Assembly: GCA_963697165.1 (NCBI GenBank)
Contig: CAVOMX010000012.1
Location: 1 to 64,000 of the forward strand
DNA: 64,000 nt
Source of the DNA: Candidatus Bathyarchaeota archaeon
GTDB taxonomy: Archaea; Thermoproteota; Bathyarchaeia; Bathyarchaeales; Bathyarchaeaceae
Direction of reading: 5' to 3'
Shown: one piece after another, positions 9,505 through 20,092 of the stretch
Layout of the letters: the number at the start of each line of letters is the position of its first letter
How positions within the stretch are numbered: the stretch's first letter is position 1
The notes under the pieces: model-generated
Seen by the model: the letters and a program-made list of their open reading frames with translations, nothing else
What the model was told of the DNA's origin: nothing
Database searches by the model: none
Program-made: the position numbers and the translations under genes

Positions 9505-10444
9505 GTGACACAGATGAAGATTTACAACTCAATTCTGGACGGGATAGGAGATACTCCATTAGTTCGGCTAAACCACATAACATCAGGTTTAAAGTCTACT
9601 TTGTATGCAAAACTTGAATCCCAAAATCCGGGAGGCAGCGTAAAAGACAGAATAAGCCTATCCATGATCCAAGAGGCTGAAAAACAAGGAAAAATAAACA
9701 AAGAAACAGTAATAATAGAACCAACCAGCGGAAACACCGGAATCGGACTGGCACTCGTAAGCGCCGTCAAAGGCTACCGGCTAATACTCACCATGCCAGA
9801 ATCCATGAGCATAGAACGTCGACGACTTCTAAACGCATACGGAGCAGAACTAGTACTCACCCCAGCCGCAGAAGGAATGAAAGGAGCAATCAAAAAAGCC
9901 GAAGAACTCGCAGCACAAACACCTAACGCATTTATCCCTCAACAATTCCAAAACCCATCAAATCCCAGAATACACAAAGAAACAACAGGTCCAGAAATTT
10001 GGAAAGCAACAGAAGGAAAAATCGACATTGTAGTTGCAGGAGTTGGAACAGGAGGAACAATAACAGGAATAGCAGAGTACATCAAACCCCTGAAAACAAA
10101 CATTTAAAGCAGTAGCAGTGGAGCCTTTCAACTCGCCTGTCCTTTCTGGAGGAAAACCTGGACCCCACAAGATTCAAGGAATAGGAGCCGGATTCATACC
10201 AAGCACATTGAGAATGGATCTAGTTGATGAAGTGATAAAAGTAAAATATGAAGATGCAGTGAAAACATCTCGCCTTCTAGCCAAAAAAGAAGGAATACTT
10301 GCAGGAATCTCTTCAGGAGCTGCTACATATGCAGCATTACAGGTCGCAAAAAGACCAGAAAACGAAAATAAAACGTTGGTCGTGATACTGCCGGATACTG
10401 GAGAGCGTTACCTAACAACTTCCTTATATGCGACCGATAAATAA
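9505..10444 (+). CDS. cysK: Cysteine synthase A, frameshift near 10100
   Basis: [12 protein letters not shown]-Lys, [15 protein letters not shown]; second frame gives [22 protein letters not shown] and PDTGERYL. Confidence 0.93.
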
Positions 10445-10545
10445 TTTGAATCTGGGGGAAAAACACAATCAACAAAAAAAACCCGGAAATCAAAACAGAC
10501 AATTACGCAGAAAGGGGCACACCTGACTGGGATTCAGAAAAAATA

Positions 10546-11508
10546 ATGGGAGTCCTCAAAAACAAACCAGTTGTTGAAGAAAGAAACTGGATTACAAAAA
10601 GTTTACCCAAGTTAGTTGAACAAATTTCTGAAAACTACGAAGTTTACGGAGGAATAAACCATCTCGATGGAAAAGACTTGCCGTCAAAGAAGGTTGTAAT
10701 CGAAATCCTTGAAGATTTACTAACTGTCCTTTTCCCGGGATATCTCGGAAAAGAAAAAATCACAAAAACAAACATCCACGATTATTTGACTAAGACCCTG
10801 AAATCAATATACAGTAGGTTAGTCGCAGAAGTAGACAAAAGCCTGAAATATTTTTGTAAAAAAGACGAAAAATGTTCAGAAGATATTTGTCTTAAACTCG
10901 CACGAATTCTCGTTGGAGATCTTTTAGAGGAAATTTGTAGAATCAGAATATTACTGAACGGAGATATTCAAGCAGCTTATCATGGAGATCCAGCTGCCAA
11001 AAGCTTTGACGAAGTAATTCTAAGCTATCCTTGTGTTCTCGCCATTTCAACACATCGAATAGCTCACGAGCTCTATATACAGGGAGTTCCATTGATTCCC
11101 CGAATAATGAGTGAATACGCACACTCCATAACAGGTATTGACATTCATCCAGGCGCCAAAATAGGAAAAAACTTCTTCATAGACCACGGAACAAGCGTAA
11201 TAATAGGAGAAACCGCAGAAATTGGGGACAACGTAAAAATCTACCAAGGAGTAACTTTAGGCGCTCTAAGCTTTCAAAAAGACGAAAAAGGACGCCCAAT
11301 CAAGGGCATAAAACGGCACCCAACTGTAGGCAATAACGTAATCATTTACTCTAACGCCTCCATCCTTGGAGAAAAAGCCATAATCGGCGATGATTCGATC
11401 ATTGGCGGAAACGTTTGGATTACATCAAAAATTCCTCCAGAAACTATTGTCACCATGAATCCACCAGAACTAAAAGTCAGCAAAAAAGCAAAAACAGAAC
11501 TGATCTAA
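10546..11508 (+). CDS. cysE: Serine O-acetyltransferase (EpsC type)
   Basis: [35 protein letters not shown]; follows cysK. Confidence 0.93.
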   Translation: MGVLKNKPVVEERNWITKSLPKLVEQISENYEVYGGINHLDGKDLPSKKVVIEILEDLLTVLFPGYLGKEKITKTNIHDYLTKTLKSIYSRLVAEVDKSLKYFCKKDEKCSEDICLKLARILVGDLLEEICRIRILLNGDIQAAYHGDPAAKSFDEVILSYPCVLAISTHRIAHELYIQGVPLIPRIMSEYAHSITGIDIHPGAKIGKNFFIDHGTSVIIGETAEIGDNVKIYQGVTLGALSFQKDEKGRPIKGIKRHPTVGNNVIIYSNASILGEKAIIGDDSIIGGNVWITSKIPPETIVTMNPPELKVSKKAKTELI

Positions 11509-11563
11509 TTTGTCCCTTTTGTTCGGGATAGGTTTTTATCAAATCGAGAAACTACTTTAAGTT

Positions 11564-12439
11564 ATGCCAGAACGAGAAGAGAGGGTTCGTTTTGCTGCGT
11601 TCTTGAATGTTGCATTCACAGTCATAGAGCTTGTTGGCGGCTTCTGGACAAACAGTTTAGCAATCCTATCCGATGCATTACATGACTTCGGCGACAGCAT
11701 CGCCTTACTTGCCTCATGGCTCTTCGAACGAGGAGCAAAAAGATCACCGGATACTAATCGAACATTCGGATACCACAGACTCTCTTTATTCTCTGCACTC
11801 TTCTCCGCATCCATCCTAATCGGAGGCTCAATCGTAATCATCTTCCAAGCAATACCCAGACTCCTAAACCCAGAAACTGTAAACGCAACAGGCATGGTGG
11901 GCATAGCAATCATAGGCATCATATTCAATGGCGCAGGCTTTTTTCTGCTAAAAAAGGGAGAGAGTCTAAACGAAAAAGTACTCTCATGGCACCTCCTAGA
12001 AGATGTACTAGGCTGGGTCGGTATTCTTGTTGGCGGTGTAATCATCTACTTCTGGAAATTTTATCTCCTTGACCCAATAATGACCATCGGCTTAACAGCG
12101 TTCATACTTTATAACGTAACCAAGAGCCTCAAAGAAGCAATCAACATCCTACTCCAAGGAGTACCCAAACACATCAACCTCAAAGCAGTCAAAAAAGACG
12201 TCAAGGCAATCAAGGGAGTACTTGGAATCCACGATATCCACATATGGTCACTTGAAGGAGAAACAGACATCTTGACAGCACACGTGATATTGGATGATGA
12301 AACGCTCAATAAACAACCTGACCAAACCAAAGAAAAAATTAAAGAAACACTCCTAAAACATCACATAGAACATTCAACAATCGAATTCGAAAGCAAGAAC
12401 TACTGCGTAGGCATGGTTTGTGAAGAAAAAAATCAATAG
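11564..12439 (+). CDS. czcD: Cation diffusion facilitator (CzcD-like)
   Basis: SLAILSDALHDFGD, TFGYHR, HLLEDVLG, HDIHIWSL, HSTIEFE. Confidence 0.9.
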   Translation: MPEREERVRFAAFLNVAFTVIELVGGFWTNSLAILSDALHDFGDSIALLASWLFERGAKRSPDTNRTFGYHRLSLFSALFSASILIGGSIVIIFQAIPRLLNPETVNATGMVGIAIIGIIFNGAGFFLLKKGESLNEKVLSWHLLEDVLGWVGILVGGVIIYFWKFYLLDPIMTIGLTAFILYNVTKSLKEAINILLQGVPKHINLKAVKKDVKAIKGVLGIHDIHIWSLEGETDILTAHVILDDETLNKQPDQTKEKIKETLLKHHIEHSTIEFESKNYCVGMVCEEKNQ

Positions 12440-12488
12440 AACCAAATCAAAATAATGAGAATGCAATGCGCGGGAAATATATTATTAA

Positions 12489-13565
12489 CTATTTTATGCC
12501 TATTGCTCCTTTTTTTTTAATTAACTCCCACTTCAATGGAGTGCCTTTTTCTATGTTTTTTGCAGCCTTTCGTCCGAGTAATTCTTTAAGATGTTTCGAG
12601 GGAATACCGCAAGCGGGTCTTATGGAACGAACATTATCGACAGTAAAAACTTCCCCTGCTTTAATGTTTTCAACTACAAACAATGAACGACGAAAATTTC
12701 TACTTCCAAACTCACTTTCAGTTGCACCATAATACACCTGTCCTAAAGAATTCTCAACTTGTCGAATCGACTCAACTAATACTTTGAATTCCTGAGGCTC
12801 CAAAGAAAAATTACTATCTGGACCCTCGATACTTCGCGAAAGAGTCAAGTGTTTTTCTATGATACAGGAACCTAGTACTACGGCAGCAATTGGTGCAATT
12901 GTGCCTAAAGTATGGTCAGAAAAACCAACAGGAACATTAAAGGTTTTCGAGAGATGCAGAAGTGTACGCAAATTCAGATCATTCAAAGAAGCTGGATATG
13001 AACTAGTACACTTAAGTAAAACAATTTGTGTTGCACCCGCTCTGCGGGCAGTTTTAACCGCTTCGCTGATTTCCTGCAATGTTGCCATACCCGTGGATAT
13101 GATTAATGGTTTTCCTGTATGCGCCATGTTTTCAATTAACTGAATATCCACTATCTCAGGTGAGGCTATTTTATGAACAGGAACATTCATACTTTCAAGA
13201 AAGGAGATTGCAGACGTATCGAATGCTGAAGAAAAAAGATCCATTCCTAAACTATTGGCGATTATTTTTAGTTTGGGCTGCCACTCCCAAGGCATACTGG
13301 CTTCTTGATAAAGGTCATAGAGAGTCTGTCCATCCCATGGTGTATCACCATAAATACGGAAAAAATCGCGGTCTGACCGAATTGTCATTGTATTTGCAGT
13401 ATACGTTTGGAGCTTAATGGCGTCAGCGCCGCAATCCTTTGCGACCTTGATAAGCTCGACCGCTTGATTGAAGTTTTTGTTATGATTTGCAGATAATTCT
13501 GCCACAACATAAACTGGAAATCTTGGTCCAACGCGACGATTATTTATTGTGATAAAACTGCTCAT
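12489..13565 (-). CDS. pseI: Pseudaminic acid synthase
   Basis: AELSANHN, KLQTYT, KIASPE, ISTGMAT, LKCTSSYP, SDHT, FRRSLF, C-terminal SAF domain; pse context. Confidence 0.93.
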   Translation of the reverse strand: MSSFITINNRRVGPRFPVYVVAELSANHNKNFNQAVELIKVAKDCGADAIKLQTYTANTMTIRSDRDFFRIYGDTPWDGQTLYDLYQEASMPWEWQPKLKIIANSLGMDLFSSAFDTSAISFLESMNVPVHKIASPEIVDIQLIENMAHTGKPLIISTGMATLQEISEAVKTARRAGATQIVLLKCTSSYPASLNDLNLRTLLHLSKTFNVPVGFSDHTLGTIAPIAAVVLGSCIIEKHLTLSRSIEGPDSNFSLEPQEFKVLVESIRQVENSLGQVYYGATESEFGSRNFRRSLFVVENIKAGEVFTVDNVRSIRPACGIPSKHLKELLGRKAAKNIEKGTPLKWELIKKKGAIGIK

Positions 13566-14053
13566 TTTGTGTCTTTCCGTATTAGTGTATATTCTACTGC
13601 TTCTTTGCCATTAATGTTTTTTATCTGGGTTTGTTTGAAGTTAACGTTAGTGAATGTGTTAATAGACACTATATTTGTGGGTTTTATGTATGCACAAATG
13701 GTTTTAACATTTGAAGTTTCAAAAAGCATATTTGAAGCAGTTCTCACTAGAATGCTGCCGTAGCCTTTTCCACGGTAATCTTCATCAATACTAATTGAGA
13801 CTATCGCGCAGTCCCCTTTAATGTCAAATCGAATTTGCCCAACCGGAATATTGGAGTTGTCAACGGCAATATAGAATACACACGAAGAATTGTTAAGTTT
13901 CAATTCGAGCCACCGAACATGCTCTTCCCAAGCTATGAACTTTGATGAGAACGATGCGGCCCGAACTTGAGGGTCGTTTGACCATTTCCAGATTGTCAAT
14001 GCGTCATCCATGCAAACTTTTCTTAACTTGAGTTTTTTCTTAATGGGAGTCAT
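13562..14053 (-). CDS. pseH: GNAT N-acetyltransferase, PseH-like
   Basis: IWKWSNDPQVRAASF, EEHVRW, GQIRFD, RGKGYG; between pseG and pseI. Confidence 0.8.
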   Translation of the reverse strand: MTPIKKKLKLRKVCMDDALTIWKWSNDPQVRAASFSSKFIAWEEHVRWLELKLNNSSCVFYIAVDNSNIPVGQIRFDIKGDCAIVSISIDEDYRGKGYGSILVRTASNMLFETSNVKTICAYIKPTNIVSINTFTNVNFKQTQIKNINGKEAVEYTLIRKDTK

Positions 14054-14055
14054 GC

Positions 14056-15096
14056 TTAGTTTCCATTCCGAATGTATTCGATAACTCTGCAAGCTCCATA
14101 ACCATCTACTAGATTTCGTGCACAATTAGACAGGTCTTCCCGAATATGCCTTCCAGACATAAGTTCAGTAATTTTTGTTGCTACATCTGAAGCCTTCAGG
14201 CTTTTGTACCATCCAAGGTTTGTGGCTGCGCCCGCTTTACTCAGTTGTTCAGCAACTCGAAGCTGATTGATAGCTATAGGCATAACAAGCATGGGCACAC
14301 CCATGAATGCTAGTTCCCAAGTGGTAGTTCCCGCTGCTGACACCGCAATGTCACTCCATGCCATCAATTCAGGCATATTGCCTACGTTTCTTTTCAAACT
14401 AATGTTTATATTAGAAGCTAGTGCAGTCGACTGTAATTCTTTGAAGTGTGAATTATTAGCACACAACAAGATAGCTTCAAGTCCATCTATCTTAGTCCTT
14501 TGAATTGAAGAAAGAATTTTCAAAGCAGTGTTTTCAGAATCACTACCCCCTAGTGTGGCAAATAATTTCCTTGCATTTTCAGGAAAAATTCTGGGGAACC
14601 TTCGCCATTTCAAGAATTCATTTCGAAGAAGCACATAACGAGGTCCTAGGAGAAGATGTGTGTATGGCTCCTTTGCCAAGTACAATGCTTCTTCAGCGTA
14701 AAGGTTCTGGTTCAATACTACATCGGCGTAGTAATGATTTGCAGAACCAAAATCATCAATTACCAAGAGGTGTAATCCAGATTTCTTAATGGCAAGTTGA
14801 TAACTTGCGTCAAAATGATACCCATCAACAACAACCCATAAGGCACCAAGTTTCTTTGCTAGATTTGCAGTCTGTTTTGCATCTTCAAGGCTTCCTGGCA
14901 GAACATTGAACTGCACAGTTTCGATGCCCTCAGATTTTAAACGCTTACTCATTAATGGCGCTCTCATTGCCGTCGCAAATACCGAACTGCCTCCTACGGC
15001 GCATAATTTCTGCGCTAAAGCCAGACATCGCATAATGTGACCTGTACCAATTTGAAGACTTGCATCAGCTCGAAAGACAAATTTCTCCATTGTCAA
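14056..15096 (-). CDS. pseG: UDP-2,4-diacetamido-2,4,6-trideoxy-beta-L-altropyranose hydrolase
   Basis: FRADASLQIGTGHIMRCLALA, VVDGY, LGGSD, AAGTTTWE, NQ. Confidence 0.92.
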   Translation of the reverse strand: MTMEKFVFRADASLQIGTGHIMRCLALAQKLCAVGGSSVFATAMRAPLMSKRLKSEGIETVQFNVLPGSLEDAKQTANLAKKLGALWVVVDGYHFDASYQLAIKKSGLHLLVIDDFGSANHYYADVVLNQNLYAEEALYLAKEPYTHLLLGPRYVLLRNEFLKWRRFPRIFPENARKLFATLGGSDSENTALKILSSIQRTKIDGLEAILLCANNSHFKELQSTALASNINISLKRNVGNMPELMAWSDIAVSAAGTTTWELAFMGVPMLVMPIAINQLRVAEQLSKAGAATNLGWYKSLKASDVATKITELMSGRHIREDLSNCARNLVDGYGACRVIEYIRNGN

Positions 15097-15824
15097 CTCT
15101 GCTCTAAGGGTTTCTGCTCCACGTGACTATTCAAATTTATCAGACCCGAATTTTTTTCACATAATTCCAGAACTTCAGTCCAACCAAATACATTTCTATG
15201 ATGAAAATGTTCATATACTTTCCTCACGAACTCAAGATCTTCAAGTGTGTCTACTGTCCACCGGTAACCGCTGTAATCTGGTGATCCAGTCACTGAAACA
15301 AGCCGGAAACAATGCGGATTCTCATAAATATAAGGAGTCACATGAGCTCTTTGATAAGGTTTTTCTGCATTTCGCCATGCAGTAGTTAATGCAGACACAC
15401 TAATCACTTCGACATCTAGACCACGAGGATAAGTCCTAACTATAGTGTTGCTTGCATAATCAGATTTTTCTTTCAGAAAGACACGAACAACTGAATCCAA
15501 TATTGCTGGCTCAATTAAAGGACAATCAGATGTCACTCGCACCACAGTTTCCGCATTATATTCTATAGCAGCTTTATAGTAGCGATCTAATACGTCATCT
15601 TCGCTTCCACTGAAGCATGAAACTCCCAAGAGTTCGGCTTCGTGCACAATTGCTTCATCTGCAGGCTTAACACTTGTAGCCACAAGAATTTCATCCAATA
15701 ATGTTGATCGTTTGATTCTGTTGATGACACGACTCAGCATTGTCTCCCCACAAATATTCTTTAACACTTTTCCAGGTAACCTTGTACTACCCATCCGCGC
15801 TTGAATTACAGCAACGACTCTCAT
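15093..15824 (-). CDS. pseF: Acylneuraminate cytidylyltransferase, SpsF/PseF-like
   Basis: IQARMGSTRLPGKVL, GSEDDVLDRY, RVTSDCPL, YPRGLDVE, RWTVDT.ED. Confidence 0.85.
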   Translation of the reverse strand: MRVVAVIQARMGSTRLPGKVLKNICGETMLSRVINRIKRSTLLDEILVATSVKPADEAIVHEAELLGVSCFSGSEDDVLDRYYKAAIEYNAETVVRVTSDCPLIEPAILDSVVRVFLKEKSDYASNTIVRTYPRGLDVEVISVSALTTAWRNAEKPYQRAHVTPYIYENPHCFRLVSVTGSPDYSGYRWTVDTLEDLEFVRKVYEHFHHRNVFGWTEVLELCEKNSGLINLNSHVEQKPLEQS

Positions 15825-16978
15825 CTAAGCGTCTCCCCTATTGCGTTAATTCCCGTTATTACTCTAGTAGCATCCTCATTAGTCATAGCTGGAAACATTG
15901 GCAAAGATAGAATACGCTCATACGCTGCTTCTGCCACTGGACACATTCCTGTTGATGTTCCATAATGGGTACGGTAGTAAGGATGTAAATGCACGGGAAT
16001 ATAGTGCACATTCACACCAATTCCTGCCTTCCGTAAATATGAAAAAATTGTCGCTTTTCTTGTTTTCAATCGATCAAGATTTAGCTGAATAACATATAAA
16101 TGGTAAGAATGATAAGCTTTTTCGTGTGTTATTAACGGTTTCACAAATTGGTTATCAGTGAAAGCTTCGTCATAGTATTTAGCTATTTCGCGCCTTCGTT
16201 CAATCCACTTAGGAAGTTTGTGCAATTGACTTAATCCCAAAGCACACTGAATATCCGTCAAACGATAGTTATACCCAAGGTCAACCATCTCATAATACCA
16301 AGTGTCGTTCTCAGCTCTCTGTCGATGGTCGGTAGAAATTCCATGATTGCGAAACCGGCGCATCCTCTCAGCTAACTCAGAATTGTCTGTAACTATCATT
16401 CCACCCTCCCCGGTTGTTATGTGTTTAACGGGATGAAAACTGAAGACAGTGAGGTCAGTTAATGTGCCAACCTTATGTCCGTTATATTTAGCTCCTAATG
16501 AATGGCACGCGTCTGCAATCAAAATTAAATCATTATTATCAGCGAATTCTTTAAGGGAATCATAACCACAAGGTTGTCCAGCGTAATCAACGGCGACAAG
16601 AGCTTTAGTTCTCGGTGTAATCTTACTCTGGAGCTTGGTAGAGTCGATGAGGAGTGTTTCTGGTTCAATGTCAACAAAAATTGGTTTTCCTCCTTGAAAA
16701 ACTACAGCATTAGCAGTGGCTACAAACGTCATTGAGGGTACAATAACCTCATCACCTTGAGTTACACCTGCTGCGTACATAGCAGCATGTAATGCTGCAG
16801 TTCCGTTTGAAACAGCTACTGCATACTTTGTACCTGAATACTTAGCCATAGCTTTCTCAAACGCCTCAACAGCCGGACCAGTAGTAAGCCAATCTGAACG
16901 TAATATGTTGTTCACTGCTTGGATATCATCATTATCAATCCATTGCCGACCGTAAGGGAGAAAGTTGGTCATATTCAA
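15821..16978 (-). CDS. pseC: UDP-4-amino-4,6-dideoxy-N-acetyl-beta-L-altrosamine transaminase
   Basis: LPYGRQWI, LTTGP, SNGTAALH, FSFHPVKHITTGEGG, LGYNYRLTD. Confidence 0.93.
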   Translation of the reverse strand: MNMTNFLPYGRQWIDNDDIQAVNNILRSDWLTTGPAVEAFEKAMAKYSGTKYAVAVSNGTAALHAAMYAAGVTQGDEVIVPSMTFVATANAVVFQGGKPIFVDIEPETLLIDSTKLQSKITPRTKALVAVDYAGQPCGYDSLKEFADNNDLILIADACHSLGAKYNGHKVGTLTDLTVFSFHPVKHITTGEGGMIVTDNSELAERMRRFRNHGISTDHRQRAENDTWYYEMVDLGYNYRLTDIQCALGLSQLHKLPKWIERRREIAKYYDEAFTDNQFVKPLITHEKAYHSYHLYVIQLNLDRLKTRKATIFSYLRKAGIGVNVHYIPVHLHPYYRTHYGTSTGMCPVAEAAYERILSLPMFPAMTNEDATRVITGINAIGETLR

Positions 16979-16987
16979 TCTTCCTAA

Positions 16988-17959
16988 TTACTGACTTACT
17001 AGTTTTTTCATTTGCTCAATTGATAGCTTGTTTGGGTTAGTGTTACTTGAATATCGAAAACCCTCAGGTAATTTCTTACCATCTGGCCAATTACCTGAAT
17101 TCCACCATGAATGTAGTGGCTTAATGATGAACATGTTATTCAATTCGATTGCATGAGAAGATTCATCCTCTCCAATCAGACATTCATGGAGTTTTTCCCC
17201 AGGACGAATCCCAATAAATGAAATTTTACAATCAGGAGCTACCGCCTTTGCGAGATCCATAATATTCATACTCGGAATTTTTGGAACAAACACCTCTCCG
17301 CCATAGCTTTTTTCGATACAACTAATTATGAAACCTACAACTTGAGTTAAATCTATCCAAAAGCGAGTCATGCGTCGATCGGTAATAGTAATTGTCCCTG
17401 TTTTACGTTGTTCGAGAAAAAGCGGAATGACACTTCCTCGACTACCCACCACATTTCCGTATCGAACACATGCAAATCTAGTAGGTTTAGTTCCACTATA
17501 CGAATTTGCTTGGACAAAAAGCTTTTCAGCTACAAGCTTAGTAGCGCCATACAAATTAACTGGGTTTACTGCTTTGTCTGTACTGAGCGCTAAGACCCGT
17601 TCTACATCAGCATCAAGTGCTGCCTCAATTACGTTTCTTGCACCGATAACATTTGTCAACACTGCTTCCTGAGGGTTGTACTCACAAGCGGGAACTTGTT
17701 TCAATGCTGCTGCATGTATTACGATATCTACATCTCGCATTGCTCGCCTTAGTCGACTAACATCTCTAACATCACCGATGAAATAACGCAAAGTAGGATC
17801 GTCAAAGCCTCTTATTCTCATCTCGTGTTGTTTTAATTCATCACGACTAAATATTACAAGCTTTTTTGGATGAAAATCCTGAAGCATGATTTTAAGAAAC
17901 ATTTTGCCAAATGAACCTGTTCCTCCAGTTATTAGTACTACCTTTTTCTTCCAGTCCAT
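16988..17959 (-). CDS. pseB: UDP-N-acetylglucosamine 4,6-dehydratase (inverting)
   Basis: ITGGTGSFG, SRDELKQ, HAAALKQVPACEYNP, STDKA, YGATK, RYGNV.GSRGSV, GIRPGEKLHE. Confidence 0.96.
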   Translation of the reverse strand: MDWKKKVVLITGGTGSFGKMFLKIMLQDFHPKKLVIFSRDELKQHEMRIRGFDDPTLRYFIGDVRDVSRLRRAMRDVDIVIHAAALKQVPACEYNPQEAVLTNVIGARNVIEAALDADVERVLALSTDKAVNPVNLYGATKLVAEKLFVQANSYSGTKPTRFACVRYGNVVGSRGSVIPLFLEQRKTGTITITDRRMTRFWIDLTQVVGFIISCIEKSYGGEVFVPKIPSMNIMDLAKAVAPDCKISFIGIRPGEKLHECLIGEDESSHAIELNNMFIIKPLHSWWNSGNWPDGKKLPEGFRYSSNTNPNKLSIEQMKKLVSQ

Positions 17960-18096
17960 ATTTATTCACCTTATGTTTATAGTTCATAATGATCATTTAT
18001 AAAATCATATTAAATGCAAAATGTATGTGCGCCGCATTCGTCTTGTTCTTTGATCAGGTATTTCTGTTAATAGATCAAAATGCTTTTTGTCTTAAA

Positions 18097-18318
18097 TCAG
18101 ATACACATTCTAATAGATTTAAAGATATAAATTTTGCATGCATTGCCCTTGGATGGATTTTTGGGGTATGAAAAAAACGTAAGATGAAACAGTATAGATC
18201 TGTGAATGAAAAGACGTGACTTAAAATGTCCAGATATAAACCCATGCACATGTGGTGGCATCATCTCCAGCACATAATGATTTCCACATATTTCATTAAC
18301 GATTGCTGACTTCAGCAT
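18097..18318 (-). mobile_element. tnpA: IS200/IS605 TnpA (Y1 transposase) remnant
   Basis: LEMMPPHVHGFIS resembles the HUH segment LEIMPDHVHLFVS; downstream KG; short and degenerate. Confidence 0.55.
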
Positions 18319-18340
18319 TAATTCTAGAAACTACACATGT

Positions 18341-19957
18341 CTATAATTTTATTTCGTTATTTTTAATCAACTGATCGATTAGATCGACCACTCTTTCTGT
18401 TGCTTTCCCATCTTGGTAATATGTATGATTGAATGCAAATTCTCTTTCCATTTTTTTGAGCTTTTCTTTCGTTTTCTCGTCAAATAATGCTTTTTTGAAT
18501 ATTGGAGCCAAATCCTGCCCCAAGTCAACCCTCAGCGTCACATCTTCATAAAAAGGTGCAGGATCGCCTCCTATTGATCTCACGGTGACAGCTGGTTTGC
18601 CGAGAAGTGTTGCTTCTGTAATAACTGTTGAGGACATAGAAACCAAAAGATCGCAGGCGTACAATGCATCTAATGTTTCACAATGTTTAGGGAGTAATAC
18701 CACATTCATTTTTTCTTTCGCGATAAGCTTTTCGTATAATTCACTGTTTTCTAATGGATGAGGCTTCACAATTGTTTGAACGTCTGAAAATGGCCTTAAT
18801 CCATTCAAGACGCTTTCGATGAACTCCTTTCTCTCAGATACTTTTTGGGTAGCAACTAGAACTATCTTTCTTTTAGGATCTAAACCAATTTTTGTACAAA
18901 ACTTTTCTCTGCAGAAGATCCTACTCGCATTTACCAATCGATCATATCTGGGTTGACCTGTAGTAGTAACAGCACTTTCTGGATAAGCGCTTATATTTGT
19001 CAGAAATTTGTAGTGAAAAGGTCCGAACACTGCCGTTTTATCTGCGATTTGGAGATACGGAGTTTGAAGACTTCCTGATGGCGAAATACTATTTTTTGAA
19101 TACATATAACCCTGATGGAGAGGACCTATATGACCATGCTGAATAGCCAATGTTGGAATCTTTTTGAGTTTCCCAGCAACTATCAACGCCTTCTCGAATA
19201 TACCACTGCCCTCACTAGTTACTAAAATTAAGTCGGGTTTTACTTCTTTCACTACCTCTTTCGCTATTTCAATCTGTTTAACGATATGCCCAAAAAACGA
19301 GTTGAAGTAGTAAGGCATTTCTTTAGTGAGTTTGTCTTTTTGTAATAGCGCAACAAATTTAGTATCTTTTTTCGAAAGTTTTTTCCAAAGGTTGCTGAAG
19401 TATTTGTTAGCATAAAATTGTCTGCTCCATATTTTTGGAGACCAGTAAGCATTGAATTCTTTATGAATCACATCCTCAACTGTTAACCTCTGTATCATAG
19501 TTTTTATTGCAGTAATTGAGTATTTTAGTGGGCTTATGGTTATAGATGTGTAGTTTCGTTTCTTTAGCTCCTTTATGATAGGATCTAGAAAAACGTCGCA
19601 TTGCCTAGGGGTTCCAGTTGGATCAAGTTCATGGTTCCAATGGCGGTTGTGGGCAACCATTAACACCCTGGGTCTCTTTTTGTCAATCTTTGATTTTAAA
19701 AAAATTGAAACCAGCTTACATAGCATTGAAGTAAGAAGATCATATAGAAAATCTATCATTGAAAATAGAAAACCATTTTTCATTAATATTTGAGCCAACC
19801 GATTTGTTTCTTCGGAATGGTACAGCCTAAAACGGATGAAATACCACAAAGCTATATTTTTATAGGTTGTTAATTCAACAATGTTTTTGCCATCTGTTCT
19901 AGCACTCAGTAATTCTTGTTCTGAATCTAACCATTTTTTTTGGCTCAGTTTTTTCAC
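18341..19957 (-). CDS. GT-B protein of the CDP-glycerol glycerophosphotransferase/sialyltransferase-like class
   Basis: IPTLAIQHG, TGQPRYD, VKPHP.E, SSTVITEATLLGKP, DGKATERV. Confidence 0.75.
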   Translation of the reverse strand: MKKLSQKKWLDSEQELLSARTDGKNIVELTTYKNIALWYFIRFRLYHSEETNRLAQILMKNGFLFSMIDFLYDLLTSMLCKLVSIFLKSKIDKKRPRVLMVAHNRHWNHELDPTGTPRQCDVFLDPIIKELKKRNYTSITISPLKYSITAIKTMIQRLTVEDVIHKEFNAYWSPKIWSRQFYANKYFSNLWKKLSKKDTKFVALLQKDKLTKEMPYYFNSFFGHIVKQIEIAKEVVKEVKPDLILVTSEGSGIFEKALIVAGKLKKIPTLAIQHGHIGPLHQGYMYSKNSISPSGSLQTPYLQIADKTAVFGPFHYKFLTNISAYPESAVTTTGQPRYDRLVNASRIFCREKFCTKIGLDPKRKIVLVATQKVSERKEFIESVLNGLRPFSDVQTIVKPHPLENSELYEKLIAKEKMNVVLLPKHCETLDALYACDLLVSMSSTVITEATLLGKPAVTVRSIGGDPAPFYEDVTLRVDLGQDLAPIFKKALFDEKTKEKLKKMEREFAFNHTYYQDGKATERVVDLIDQLIKNNEIKL

Positions 19958-20092
19958 CTCTTATTCGGTCTTGGGCTTGTGCGTGAATTTACTTAAACCT
20001 TTTTCCAAAATTATATTCTGCTCGTAGCATAACTTTTTTTATCAAGCATATAACAGACATGAGAAGCACCTTTTTTGTAACGAATTTTAATT

